Position numbers and translations under genes: made by a program. The notes below the pieces were generated by a model. The model ran no database searches and was not told where the DNA came from. It saw only the letters and a program-made list of their open reading frames with translations. Shown here piece by piece: positions 1-9,630 of a DNA stretch of 64,000 nt. Positions within the stretch are counted from its first letter, which is position 1. The number at the start of each line of letters is the position of its first letter. The stretch is from Gillisia sp. GTDB lineage: Bacteria > Bacteroidota > Bacteroidia > Flavobacteriales > Flavobacteriaceae. The stretch spans positions 20,882 through 84,881 of the forward strand of contig JAGXIL010000034.1 of NCBI GenBank assembly GCA_024635655.1, read 5' to 3'.

Positions 1-58
1 GATTATCAACCAGTTCTTGGTGACTTTCTTCTTTGGCTTCTTCTCTTGTGGTTTTCAT
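1..58 (-). CDS. PA2169/DUF2383-family four-helix-bundle protein, 5' part only (runs off the window)
   Basis: Manual translation from ATG at 58 gives MKTTREEAKEESHQELVDN, clearly paralogous to the N-terminus of the gene starting at 3072 (MKTTRELAREESH). Confidence 0.75.
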   Translation of the reverse strand, partial: MKTTREEAKEESHQELVDN

Positions 59-252
59 AGTTTTAATTTTAATTGAACTTCAAGGTACCATAGCATCAGC
101 AGCAAGTATGTCGTATTATAAAAAATTTTGCAAGGGTTTAACAGGATTGTTAAGATAATAGGGGGGAGTACCCATATTAAAACCTTTTTATATTCACTAA
201 AGTTATCTCTATTTAGTAAAAGACTCAAGTTAATGATAGGCTAAAAAAGGTT

Positions 253-1110
253 TCACCATCTCCACGCAAGGATCCTGCTTTTTTTGTTACCTGTTTCCAT
301 TTCGATAATGTGATGGGAAGCCTGTATTTTGTGAAGTTGTTTCACAAACTTTGGAAGGTTTTGTTTTTGGGAGATTAGAGATGTGAACCACCTGATTTGG
401 GTTTTATAATGCAAACTTTCTTTTATCATCCGTTTTACAAATAAAGCTTCTCCGCCATTACACCATAACTCATTTGCCTGGCCACCAAAGTTGAGGACAG
501 ACGAGGCTGATCCTATATTTTCGTTCTTCTGCAGATTCGCTTTCCTGGCCGCTTCTTCGGAAGGGTAAAATGGAGGATTGCACATACTGAAATTGTAGCA
601 TTCTCCTTCTTTTATTATTCCTTTAAAAATATTTGAGCGATTTTCCTGATGTCTTATGGTCACAAGATCTTCCAAACCGGGATTGGATTTTATGATCTTT
701 GTTGCGGAATGAACTGCCTGGAGATCAATATCTGCACCGGTCATTTCCCAATTATAAATTTTGGCTCCCAGGATAGGATAGATGCAATTTGCACCCATTC
801 CTATATCCAATCCTTTTACTTTGGGTGTTTTGATCTCATCATCCTTTGATATCAGATCGTTTAGGTGATGGATATAATCTGCTCTGCCGGGAATGGGAGG
901 ACATAAATAATTTTCAGGAATATCCCACATTAATAATCCGTAGTGGTGCTTTAATAAGGCCTTGTTCAAATGCAAGACCGCTTGCGGATCAGAAAAATTT
1001 ATGGTCTTTGTGCCGAACTCATTAATAAAAATAAATGGTCTCAATGGCCAATGACTGCTGGAGAGTGCATCAAGATCATACGGGGTGTTATGAATATTAA
1101 GAGGGTGCAA
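253..1110 (-). CDS. rlmF: 23S rRNA (adenine1618-N6) methyltransferase RlmF
   Basis: MHPxNxH start, LCPPIPGRADYIH, LDIGMGANCIYP SAM motif, CNPPF, FGGQANELWCNGGE. Confidence 0.93.
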   Translation of the reverse strand: MHPLNIHNTPYDLDALSSSHWPLRPFIFINEFGTKTINFSDPQAVLHLNKALLKHHYGLLMWDIPENYLCPPIPGRADYIHHLNDLISKDDEIKTPKVKGLDIGMGANCIYPILGAKIYNWEMTGADIDLQAVHSATKIIKSNPGLEDLVTIRHQENRSNIFKGIIKEGECYNFSMCNPPFYPSEEAARKANLQKNENIGSASSVLNFGGQANELWCNGGEALFVKRMIKESLHYKTQIRWFTSLISQKQNLPKFVKQLHKIQASHHIIEMETGNKKSRILAWRW

Positions 1111-1137
1111 AATAATTTTATAAGATCAATAGGTCTG

Positions 1138-1145
1138 CAAAGGTA
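1138..1145 (-). promoter_or_regulatory. Bacteroidota -7 promoter element (TAnnTTTG) for rlmF
   Basis: Reverse complement TACCTTTG about 28 bp upstream of the start. Confidence 0.6.
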
Positions 1146-1285
1146 CAATGGATAATTCTTTTATTAGGAAATAGAATTTAATTCTGAACCTCCCTAGCCG
1201 GAAGAATTTCTGAATAAAAAGACTATTTTTGGCCTTTAGAATTCAGGACTTTTTATCAACTATAATTCATTGCACTCCAACATCT

Positions 1286-2554
1286 ATGGATAAAAATGAT
1301 CCTTATGCAGCTTTAAGATATCGTGAATTTAATATTTTTCTGCTGGTGAGATTTGCCCTCGTCTTTGCCTGGTCTATGCAATTTGTGGTTATTGAATGGG
1401 AAGTTTACAGTCTTACAAAAGACCCCCTTTCCCTGGGGATCATCGGATTGATGGAGGTAATACCCGCAGTTTCCCTGGCTCTTTTTGCAGGACATGTGGT
1501 AGACCAAAAGGAAAAGAGGAACCTACTTATTAAATGTATCCTGGGATTTTCTATAATTAGCCTTGGATTGTTTTTAATTACCTGGCCCAGGGTATGGGAA
1601 GGAATGTCTTCCAAAGCAATATTGTATTCAATTTACTTTATGGTCTTCCTGGGGGGAATAGTGAGGGCCTTTTTGGGACCAACTATTTTTTCCTTATTTT
1701 CTCTTATCGTACCAAAGAAAGTATATCCAAATGCGGCGACCTGGAGCAGTTCTGTATGGCAACTTGGCGCAGTAATGGGGCCTGCACTTGCAGGCCTTAC
1801 AATTTACTGGATCGGGGTGCATTGGTCCCTGTGCTTAATATTTGGATTTGCTCTGCTGGCATTATTTAGTTTATTACAAATAAAGATCAAGCCTGTTCTC
1901 AATACCAAAATTGGGGAACCTGTTTTCCAGAGTTTAGGGGAAGGAATCAGGTTTGTCTGGAATAAAAAGATCATTCTTGGGGCTATAACCCTGGATATGA
2001 TTGCAGTTCTTTTTGGAGGGGCTGTTGCACTTTTGCCTATTTTTGCACAGGATATTCTCAAGGTAGGGCCTGAAGGATTTGGGGTATTGCGTGCAGCAAC
2101 TGCTGTAGGCGCTTTTATTATAATGTTTACTTCAGCTTATTTTCCACTCAATAAGGATGCGGGCATGAAATTACTCGCCGCAATTTTTGTGTTTGGGTTG
2201 TGCATTATCGTCTTTGGTCTTTCTTCCTGGTTTTGGCTTTCAGTTATTGCTTTATTTCTTAGCGGAATGGCAGATGGGATCTCAATGATCATAAGGCAAA
2301 CTATTCTTCAGCTAAAAACTCCTGATCATATGCGGGGGAGAGTGGCTTCTGTAAATTCAATGTTCGTAGGCTCATCCAACGAGCTGGGGGCTTTTGAGAG
2401 CGGATTAACTGCAAAGCTTATGGGTACTGTTACCGCGGTGGTTTTTGGTGGTGCAATGACCGTAGTAACAGTAGTAGCTACCGGGGCGCTCTTTCCGGCT
2501 TTTAGAAAACTGGACTTGCGAAAGGACCTGAAGGAACATGCAGAAAAAGTTTAA
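1286..2554 (+). CDS. MFS transporter (EntS/macrolide-efflux-like family)
   Basis: About 12 hydrophobic segments, AGHVVDQKEKR motif A, TPDHMRGRV. ATG 1286 (MDKNDPY) preferred over TTG 1229. Confidence 0.88.
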   Translation: MDKNDPYAALRYREFNIFLLVRFALVFAWSMQFVVIEWEVYSLTKDPLSLGIIGLMEVIPAVSLALFAGHVVDQKEKRNLLIKCILGFSIISLGLFLITWPRVWEGMSSKAILYSIYFMVFLGGIVRAFLGPTIFSLFSLIVPKKVYPNAATWSSSVWQLGAVMGPALAGLTIYWIGVHWSLCLIFGFALLALFSLLQIKIKPVLNTKIGEPVFQSLGEGIRFVWNKKIILGAITLDMIAVLFGGAVALLPIFAQDILKVGPEGFGVLRAATAVGAFIIMFTSAYFPLNKDAGMKLLAAIFVFGLCIIVFGLSSWFWLSVIALFLSGMADGISMIIRQTILQLKTPDHMRGRVASVNSMFVGSSNELGAFESGLTAKLMGTVTAVVFGGAMTVVTVVATGALFPAFRKLDLRKDLKEHAEKV

Positions 2555-2557
2555 AAC

Positions 2558-2587
2558 TCCGGCTTCTTACCATTTGATGAAGCCGGA
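2558..2587. terminator. Hairpin between convergent genes
   Basis: TCCGGCTTC-N12-GAAGCCGGA inverted repeat just after the MFS stop. Confidence 0.65.
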
Positions 2588-2597
2588 ATATTATAAA

Positions 2598-3072
2598 CTA
2601 TATTATGCCTTCTATGGTCTTTACTTTCTCCAGGTTTTGTTCGAGCTCTAAAAGATGGCTTTTCAAGACTTTTTTAATTTCATCATTGAAATTATTCTTC
2701 ACCAGTTTTTTCCTGATATTCCTTCACGGTGGCTCGCTGCCCGCGAATACATTCCTCCAGAATTTTTTGATCATCGTTTCCACTTATTCCAATCATAACG
2801 TCCATCCAGATCCTGTGGAATCTTCCCACGGTACTACCTTCACTTATTGGTTTTTCATTGAGGGAATGGATCAATTTATCGATTTGGGTCGCGTACCGGT
2901 GATGGAAAAAGGCCTGTTTCTTAAAATAATCCTTTAATCCGGGATCTTTTGCTTCTTTCATTGCTTTTTTAAAACCTTTGTTGGCATCATAATTCTTTAC
3001 CAGAAGCTCCTGTAATTTTTGTACACGTATCTTGTGGCTTTCTTCCCGTGCTAATTCTCTTGTAGTTTTCAT
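2598..3072 (-). pseudogene. PA2169/DUF2383-family protein with +1 frameshift (or a sequencing error)
   Basis: LQELLVKNYDANKGF, HRIWMD and EECIRG motifs. Removing one T from the T6 run at 2706-2711 restores ...QEKLVKNNFNDEIKKVLKSHLLELEQNLEKVKTIEGII* (157 aa, stop at 2598-2600). Confidence 0.75.
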
Positions 3073-3100
3073 ATGGTTTAATTTTGATTTGCTACCAGGA

Positions 3101-3108
3101 CAAAGGTA
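3101..3108 (-). promoter_or_regulatory. -7 promoter element TAnnTTTG
   Basis: Reverse complement TACCTTTG about 29 bp upstream of ATG 3072. Confidence 0.6.
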
Positions 3109-3320
3109 CTTTAGATGAACTTTGGAAAAAATGATGAATATCAGGTTATAAGGATTTATTATGTTGATATATAAGATATTAAGGTGATTATTTATAGGGA
3201 ATGGAAGAGAATATATGCTGCTTCAATTTCTAAAAGGAAAGCCTCATTTGGAGTGAATACAAAAGACCAACTTTTGGGGTAAGATCTATTTATGAAATTC
3301 ATCGTGATCAATATTAAGCC

Positions 3321-3328
3321 TATATTTG
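3321..3328 (+). promoter_or_regulatory. -7 promoter element TAnnTTTG
   Basis: TATATTTG about 28 bp upstream of ATG 3357. Confidence 0.6.
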
Positions 3329-3356
3329 CAGCTTTTAATTCAGATTATCAGAGCAT

Positions 3357-4895
3357 ATGAATGAAGATGAAGCCGAAAAGCTCAGTCCCGGTCAAATAAG
3401 ATCCTGTATTTCCATATTACAAACTTTGGTGGGAGATACTAATCAGCTTTTTGATCTCCCTGAAGCACAGCGAATCGCTTTGCTTTCTGCAGCAGGATCC
3501 CTTAGCCGGCCGGACAGGGAAGAATTCGCAAGAAGAAAGAAAGATGCTAAAAAAGCGGCAAAGCGTAAAATGGTAGAAAGGGATAAACACGCCCGGAAGG
3601 AAACCGGTATACGAAGTGCACGGGAAGCGGCTGTTTTTACAGCTCCCAAACTAATTGCACCATCGCTGCAACCAGACCGGGACCTTAATTTAAACTCTCC
3701 CCGAAATTGCTACGTTTGTAAAACCCTTTACACAAAACTGCATCACTTCTATGATACGATGTGCACCGAATGTGGGGATTATAATTATGCCAAACGCTTT
3801 CAAACTACTGATCTTACCGGCCAGGTGGCGGTAGTTACCGGATCCAGATTAAAAATTGGATACCATATCACTTTGATCCTTTTAAGGGCCGGAGCTACTG
3901 TTGTGGCTACCACCAGATTTCCTGCCGATTCTGCTTTGCGATTCTCCAAAGAAGATGATTATATGGATTGGGGTAACCGGTTGAAAATACACGGGCTGGA
4001 CCTTAGGCATATACCCAGCGTTGAAATCTTTTGCAATTATATAGAGCAAAAATATGACAGGTTAGATATTCTTATTAATAATGCCGCGCAAACCGTTAGA
4101 CGCCCTGCAGGATTTTACCGGCACTTAATGGATAAGGAAGTTGTGCCGGTAGAATCTTTACCATTAAGGGCGCAGGACCTGCTGGAGGACCATAAAATGT
4201 GCATTCAGGAATTGAAGGACTTTTCTTCCGGTGTGGGAAATAATCAAAATTTACCGGTAAGCTGGCATGGACCGGAGCCGGGAATAGGATTAAGAGCATC
4301 CGCAAAATTGTCACAGATCCCTTACAGTTTTGACAATTCCCTTTCTGTTAAAGAAGTATTTCCTGAAGGGCAACTCGATGCAGACCTGCAACAGGTAGAT
4401 CTTCGGAAAACAAATAGCTGGCGTCTAAAGCTCGGGGAAATAGAAACTACTGAAATGGTGGAGGTACAACTTGTTAATGCTGTAGCACCATTTGTGTTAT
4501 GCAACAGGCTCGCCTCTTTAATGAAAAAGGAAAATACCGGGAAGAAACACATCATCAATGTTTCGGCTATGGAAGGAAAATTTCAGCGTTTTAAAAAGGA
4601 AGATCGTCATCCGCATACCAATATGGCCAAAGCAGCGCTGAATATGATGACCCACACTTCAGCCTCCGGATTTGCCAAAGAAGGAATTTATATGAATGCC
4701 GTAGATACCGGCTGGGTAACCGATGAAGATCCTGCGGAGTTGTCAAAGAAAAAGGTTGAAGTGCACGATTTTCAGCCGCCCCTGGACATTGTAGATGGTG
4801 CAGCACGTGTCCTTGATCCGCTAATCGATGGGATCAACACCGGAAAGCACTGGAGCAGAAAGTTCCTGAAAGATTATTTCCCTATAGACTGGTAG
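3357..4895 (+). CDS. Atypical SDR-family oxidoreductase with N-terminal Cys4 zinc ribbon
   Basis: CYVC...[49 protein letters not shown]. Confidence 0.85.
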   Translation: MNEDEAEKLSPGQIRSCISILQTLVGDTNQLFDLPEAQRIALLSAAGSLSRPDREEFARRKKDAKKAAKRKMVERDKHARKETGIRSAREAAVFTAPKLIAPSLQPDRDLNLNSPRNCYVCKTLYTKLHHFYDTMCTECGDYNYAKRFQTTDLTGQVAVVTGSRLKIGYHITLILLRAGATVVATTRFPADSALRFSKEDDYMDWGNRLKIHGLDLRHIPSVEIFCNYIEQKYDRLDILINNAAQTVRRPAGFYRHLMDKEVVPVESLPLRAQDLLEDHKMCIQELKDFSSGVGNNQNLPVSWHGPEPGIGLRASAKLSQIPYSFDNSLSVKEVFPEGQLDADLQQVDLRKTNSWRLKLGEIETTEMVEVQLVNAVAPFVLCNRLASLMKKENTGKKHIINVSAMEGKFQRFKKEDRHPHTNMAKAALNMMTHTSASGFAKEGIYMNAVDTGWVTDEDPAELSKKKVEVHDFQPPLDIVDGAARVLDPLIDGINTGKHWSRKFLKDYFPIDW

Positions 4896-4954
4896 ATTCT
4901 GTGCAGGCAAAATCCTTTAGGTTTTTAATTTTTGATAAAAGCACTAAAGAAATA

Positions 4955-4992
4955 CATTCGTGCACCTGCCTACCGAAGGTAGGTTCGTGGCT
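4955..4992. repeat. Degenerate Bacteroidota REP-like palindrome
   Basis: ACCTGCCTACCGAAGGTAGGT hairpin flanked by TTCGTG direct repeats. Resembles CCTGCCTACCGGCAGGCAGG-type intergenic repeats I recall from Bacteroidota. Confidence 0.45.
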
Positions 4993-5093
4993 AATTTTTT
5001 CACCCATACAGAAACAAAAAATCTTGACCTACTTTAATTTTTTTCTATAATAAGCCCACCCCGCTTGCCACTTATTTTCCGTAATTTTATATC

Positions 5094-6407
5094 ATGTCAA
5101 ATTCAAAAAAAGATCAGAATGAGATCCTGGAGAAACTGGGAATTCAACAGCTCAACCCCATGCAGGAGGAGGCAATGGAGGTTATTGCACACAACTCCTC
5201 TGTAGTTTTACTTTCTCCCACAGGAACCGGAAAAACCTTAGCCTTTCTTTTACCTGTGCTGGAGGTGCTGAATCCTGAAGAGACAAATGTACAGGTGCTT
5301 ATCCTGGTGCCGTCAAGAGAGCTAGCCATACAAATTGAACAGGTGACCAGGGAGATGGGTTCAGGTTATAAAGCCAATGCAGTTTATGGAGGGCGGGCAT
5401 TTTCCAAAGATAAAATTGAGCTCAGCCATCCTCCGGCTATATTAATAGGAACACCCGGAAGAGTAGCAGATCATATCAGGCGGGAGACTTTTTCAGTAGA
5501 GGCTATAAAGGTCCTGGTTCTGGATGAATTTGATAAATCCCTCGAAACAGGCTTTGAAGCTGAAATGAGTGAGATCATTTTGGCTTTGCCCAATCTTCAG
5601 AAAAGGATATTAACCTCTGCCACAGAGGCCGAACTAATCCCCCGATTTGCAGGGGTGAGAAATCCGGAATATGTAAATTATCTGGGGGAGGGAAAATCTG
5701 AATTACAGGTAAAAGTGGTGGAATCTCCATCAAGAGATAAACTGGAGACTCTTGTAAGCCTGCTGGGCAAACTTAAAAATGAGCCCGGGATCATCTTTTG
5801 TAATTTTAAAGATAGTATTCAAAAGGTGAGTGATAATCTTAATAATAAAAAGGTAAGTCACGGGTGCTTTCATGGAGGAATGGAACAGAAAGACCGGGAG
5901 CGGGCTTTGATAAAATTCAGGAATGGCACGCATAGGTTAATTATAGCTACAGATCTTGCAGCAAGGGGAATTGATGTGCCGGAGATTGGTTATATTATTC
6001 ATTATGAACTTCCGCTAAAATCAGAAGAGTTTACTCACCGCAATGGGAGGACTGCAAGAATGCATAAGAAAGGAACCGCTTATGTGCTTAAATGGGAAAA
6101 GGAAAGTCTGCCCGACTTTATTGATTTTGATTCCCGGGACCAACAGATAACCCAGGCTTCTGATAAACCAAATGTAAGGTGGCAAACCTTGTTTATTTCC
6201 GGAGGAAGAAAAGATAAGATCTCCAAAGGAGATATAGCCGGGTTATTCCTTAAACAGGGAAATCTAGAAAAAGAGGAATTAGGTAACATTGAACTAAAGC
6301 AGGATTGCGCTTTCGTAGCAGTTCCTGCAGCCAAAGCTTCAGCATTGATCAACGAATTGAACAACAGCAGGCTTAAACGTAAAAAAGTACGGGTGACCCT
6401 CATTTAA
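5094..6407 (+). CDS. dbpA: DEAD-box RNA helicase with C-terminal DbpA RNA-binding domain
   Basis: SPTGTGKT, VPSRELA, GTPGR, DEFD, SAT, ARGID, HRNGRTAR; C-terminal ISGGRKDKISKGDI. Confidence 0.88.
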   Translation: MSNSKKDQNEILEKLGIQQLNPMQEEAMEVIAHNSSVVLLSPTGTGKTLAFLLPVLEVLNPEETNVQVLILVPSRELAIQIEQVTREMGSGYKANAVYGGRAFSKDKIELSHPPAILIGTPGRVADHIRRETFSVEAIKVLVLDEFDKSLETGFEAEMSEIILALPNLQKRILTSATEAELIPRFAGVRNPEYVNYLGEGKSELQVKVVESPSRDKLETLVSLLGKLKNEPGIIFCNFKDSIQKVSDNLNNKKVSHGCFHGGMEQKDRERALIKFRNGTHRLIIATDLAARGIDVPEIGYIIHYELPLKSEEFTHRNGRTARMHKKGTAYVLKWEKESLPDFIDFDSRDQQITQASDKPNVRWQTLFISGGRKDKISKGDIAGLFLKQGNLEKEELGNIELKQDCAFVAVPAAKASALINELNNSRLKRKKVRVTLI

Positions 6408-6410
6408 GAT

Positions 6411-6626
6411 ATGAAAGAGCAACAGGCAAATAATCCTTTACACGGGGTCAAATTAAATGATATTCTTGAAACCCTGGTGGATAGATATGGTTGGGAAGAA
6501 CTGGGTACCAGGATAAATATTCGTTGTTTCACCCATGATCCCTCAATAAAATCCAGCCTTAAATTTCTTCGAAAGACGCCCTGGGCTAGAGAGAAGGTAG
6601 AGCAATTATACCTGAAATCCATTTAA
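6411..6626 (+). CDS. VF530/DUF2132 family small DNA-binding protein
   Basis: NNPLHGVKL...YGWEELG...[24 protein letters not shown] signature. Confidence 0.9.
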   Translation: MKEQQANNPLHGVKLNDILETLVDRYGWEELGTRINIRCFTHDPSIKSSLKFLRKTPWAREKVEQLYLKSI

Positions 6627-6855
6627 ATTCAGGTTTGTTATCTCCCCCAAAATTATGATAGGAAATTCTTAAAATACTAAGGGTGATTTTATATACTCTA
6701 CAAAATTCAGCCTTCAATTTTTCCCTATGAATAAAATTCACGTTTTTAACAAAAAAACTTTAAAAAACACATAGTTTATCATTTAATAATAAATATATTA
6801 GCTATGAAAGTAAGGTTTACTTTTTTTTGTAATTATTAATTAAAATTTCCGAAAC

Positions 6856-7212
6856 ATGGCATTATTCTTAAAACCACAGGAAATCCACAACTCTTTAAAT
6901 TCCGCTGTCCTGGACTATATTAAAGTTTGCAAGCAGTCTGGAGAAATTCCCCAGCAATTGGCTGAACTCATAAGGCACAATTTTTCTGCTAAATATGCAT
7001 GGTATAATGCCCTGGATAAAAAAATTGAAGTTGGTATCAATGAATCTAAATCCCCAGGGTGTGGTTATCCCAATATTCAGGTATATTCCTATTCCATTGA
7101 GGAATTAGGGTGGATGGAAAGATCCTATAAGAACGAAGCATTCGATTTAAGTTTCTATGGCATGCTCCTGAACAATAAAAGCTCAACGGATTCAGAGATC
7201 GTAGTGCTGTAA
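6856..7212 (+). CDS. Hypothetical protein (118 aa)
   Basis: Isolated ATG ORF with a globular-looking sequence; no family recognised. Confidence 0.65.
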   Translation: MALFLKPQEIHNSLNSAVLDYIKVCKQSGEIPQQLAELIRHNFSAKYAWYNALDKKIEVGINESKSPGCGYPNIQVYSYSIEELGWMERSYKNEAFDLSFYGMLLNNKSSTDSEIVVL

Positions 7213-7403
7213 TTACTAAATCTTATTTCCAAATTGCGCTGCATATTATGGTTGTTGACTTCTTTATATATTAATTACTGAAGCTTGAAATACTGGTAGG
7301 TTCACATCTTTGATTTTCACGTGCCTGAAAGATAGGCCGTAACTTTATTAACTATCCCGCCGGAAAAGAATATTTTCAGTTAAACCCAAAAGTAATTTAA
7401 TAG

Positions 7404-7463
7404 GGTGATATGAGCCAGCGTTTTAATCAGGCTATGGTGCAATTTCTACAGGACCTTCAATAA
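7404..7463 (+). pseudogene. Short remnant paralogous to the STAS/SEC14 gene at 8266
   Basis: 19-bp exact match between 7426-7444 and 8345-8363; translation FNQAMVQFLQDLQ versus FDQAMVQFMQELE. Confidence 0.55.
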
Positions 7464-7685
7464 GAATATCAAAATGTATCCTTTTAAACCGAATATGATA
7501 AGGAAATAGAGATACAAGAACAAGTGAATTCACCCATATTATTCTTATTTAAGAAATAATAATTTCAATAGGAAATATTTAAATCTCTCTGTTTTTCACA
7601 TCCAGGTATATAGATCGTAAAAATGAAAGAGTAATTTCAAAGTAATCCGGAACTGAAAAATTCACTCTTATAAATCTTTATACTT

Positions 7686-8150
7686 ATGAAAAATTGTGAA
7701 CATTCTTCCGTTCCCACCCTTTTGTTAATTTTGTTTATTTTCTCCTTCTCATGGTCACAGGAGATAAATTCTTCAGAAAACTCTGTCGCAATTTCCGCAA
7801 ATGATCCAAACCTGGATTGGGGACCCTGTCCTGAATTTATGCCTGAGGGATGTAATATTGCCGTTTTGCACGGAGATCCGACAAAAAAAAATGTGGACGT
7901 ATTTTTAAAAGTTCCTGCCAATTCCACTATTCCGAAACATACACATACTTCCGCAGAACGAATGATATTAGTGGCCGGGGAAATGGAGGTGACTTATGAA
8001 GGAGAGGAGCCTCAAAAATTGGAAACCGGTTCCTATGCCTATGGCCCGGCTAAAAAACCACACAATGCGAAATGCGGGAACAGTCCGTGTATATTATTTA
8101 TTGCATTTGAAGAACCTTTGGATGCTAATCCTTTATTGGCTAAAAATTAG
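7686..8150 (+). CDS. Exported cupin-domain protein (DUF4437-like)
   Basis: Signal peptide, AVLHGDP, PKHTHTSAE and PHNA cupin motifs. Confidence 0.82.
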   Translation: MKNCEHSSVPTLLLILFIFSFSWSQEINSSENSVAISANDPNLDWGPCPEFMPEGCNIAVLHGDPTKKNVDVFLKVPANSTIPKHTHTSAERMILVAGEMEVTYEGEEPQKLETGSYAYGPAKKPHNAKCGNSPCILFIAFEEPLDANPLLAKN

Positions 8151-8265
8151 TTTCAGCAAATCATGAATGTTATATTATGAAATAACCTGATCATAATTAT
8201 GACCCGTCATGATCAGGTTTATGGTTAACGAGCTAATTTATGTTTATAAAAATAAAAAAGAAAAC

Positions 8266-8637
8266 ATGCTGAGTAAGTTAGAAATTGGGGATGATAATGT
8301 TGTAGCCTTCCGCTGGGAAGGAGATTTTGACAAACAAGCTTTTGATCAGGCTATGGTGCAATTCATGCAGGAACTGGAAAGCAGGGATAAAATGAATTTT
8401 TATTTTGAAATAGCAGACCTAAATGATTTTGATGCTCAGGCGGTATGGAAGGACTTGAAGTTTTCCATAAAAAATATGGATGAGCTACGGAACAAGATCG
8501 ATAAAATTGCACTGGTGACCAATAAAGACTGGATCAGTAATCTCGCGGAAATGTCTTATAAATTTATTCCTGATATAAAATTAAAGGCATTCAATTTCGC
8601 CGAAACAGAAACTGCAAGATTATTTGTGCAGGAATAA
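8266..8637 (+). CDS. STAS/SEC14 (SpoIIAA-like) domain protein
   Basis: AVWKDLKF...KIALVTNKDW...AF...ARLF pattern; ATG 8266 follows an A-rich leader. Confidence 0.82.
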   Translation: MLSKLEIGDDNVVAFRWEGDFDKQAFDQAMVQFMQELESRDKMNFYFEIADLNDFDAQAVWKDLKFSIKNMDELRNKIDKIALVTNKDWISNLAEMSYKFIPDIKLKAFNFAETETARLFVQE

Positions 8638-8698
8638 TTATCTTTACTTTTCCTCTAGCAGGAGGCATTAAAAATTAATTTATTCCGGCTACCTTTTT

Positions 8699-9271
8699 AT
8701 GTATCCCCAAATTCTTCAACATATTCTAAAAGATATAGAACTCACTCCTGAAGAGCAGGATGAGTTCTTAAGTATTCTTTTGGAGAAGCAGCTCGAAAAA
8801 AAGACACTTTTGATTAAACCGGGTGAGACCGTAAATGTTGAATATTATGTTGTAAGTGGCTGTTTAAAGGCTTATTATTTAAATGAATCAGGAGATAAAC
8901 ATATAATACAGTTCGCTGTAGAAGATTGGTGGATCTCAGATTTTGAAGCTTTTTTTAATGGGCAGCCTGCGCAGCTTTATGTGGAGGCTATAGAAGAGTC
9001 AGTACTTCTTGGCATTCACAAAGATTCCCTGGAAACCTTGTACAAAAGGATACCTAAGTTCGAACGTTTTTTTCGGCTAAAAACTACCGGGGCTTTTGTT
9101 GCACTAAGAAGCAGGATCTTATCTTCCCTTCAGAAAACAGGCAAGGAAAGGTACCTTGAATTTTGTGAGACCTACCCAAAAATAGAACAACGGGTTCCCA
9201 ATTACCACATTGCCAATTATCTTGGTTTGAAACCGGAGAGTTTAAGCCGTATTCGGAAAGAACTTAATTAA
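8699..9271 (+). CDS. Crp/Fnr family transcriptional regulator
   Basis: cNMP-binding fold (YYVVSGCLKAY, QFAVEDWWISD) and C-terminal HTH IANYLGLKPESLSRIR. Confidence 0.9.
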   Translation: MYPQILQHILKDIELTPEEQDEFLSILLEKQLEKKTLLIKPGETVNVEYYVVSGCLKAYYLNESGDKHIIQFAVEDWWISDFEAFFNGQPAQLYVEAIEESVLLGIHKDSLETLYKRIPKFERFFRLKTTGAFVALRSRILSSLQKTGKERYLEFCETYPKIEQRVPNYHIANYLGLKPESLSRIRKELN

Positions 9272-9630
9272 AAACTTTTCTTTATTTCTTCCATTATCCT
9301 TTCGCTATATTCCTTTTTCAAGTTTCCCTGCTATCGCTTAACAAGTTTTAACAGCCTTACCTAACATACATCAAGTAATTTTCAGTTTGTGGATTTTATT
9401 TTTGATGGAAATTGATCTGAAAGAATTTTTCATCTTTAATATTCAGAAATAGCCGAAAACTTTTTCATTTTTTTTATGAATATGCTGAAGAAATGCAGGA
9501 TCTATTGATAAAGCTAAAGCTAAAGTTTAAGATACCCCTGTAATGATTAGGAGGTTTGTGAGTAACAATTACAACCCGCCTCATTTTATAATTGGCTTTA
9601 GCAGAATTTAAAAAAATAATAAAATAGAAT

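Noticed and set aside
2605-2937. + strand 110-aa ORF
   Set aside because: Antisense shadow of the frameshifted PA2169-family gene.
3141-3169. dif-like TCAGGTTATAA-N7-TTATGTTGATA
   Set aside because: Poor left arm, 7-bp spacer and position in a divergent promoter region; shows that chance matches occur in AT-rich DNA.
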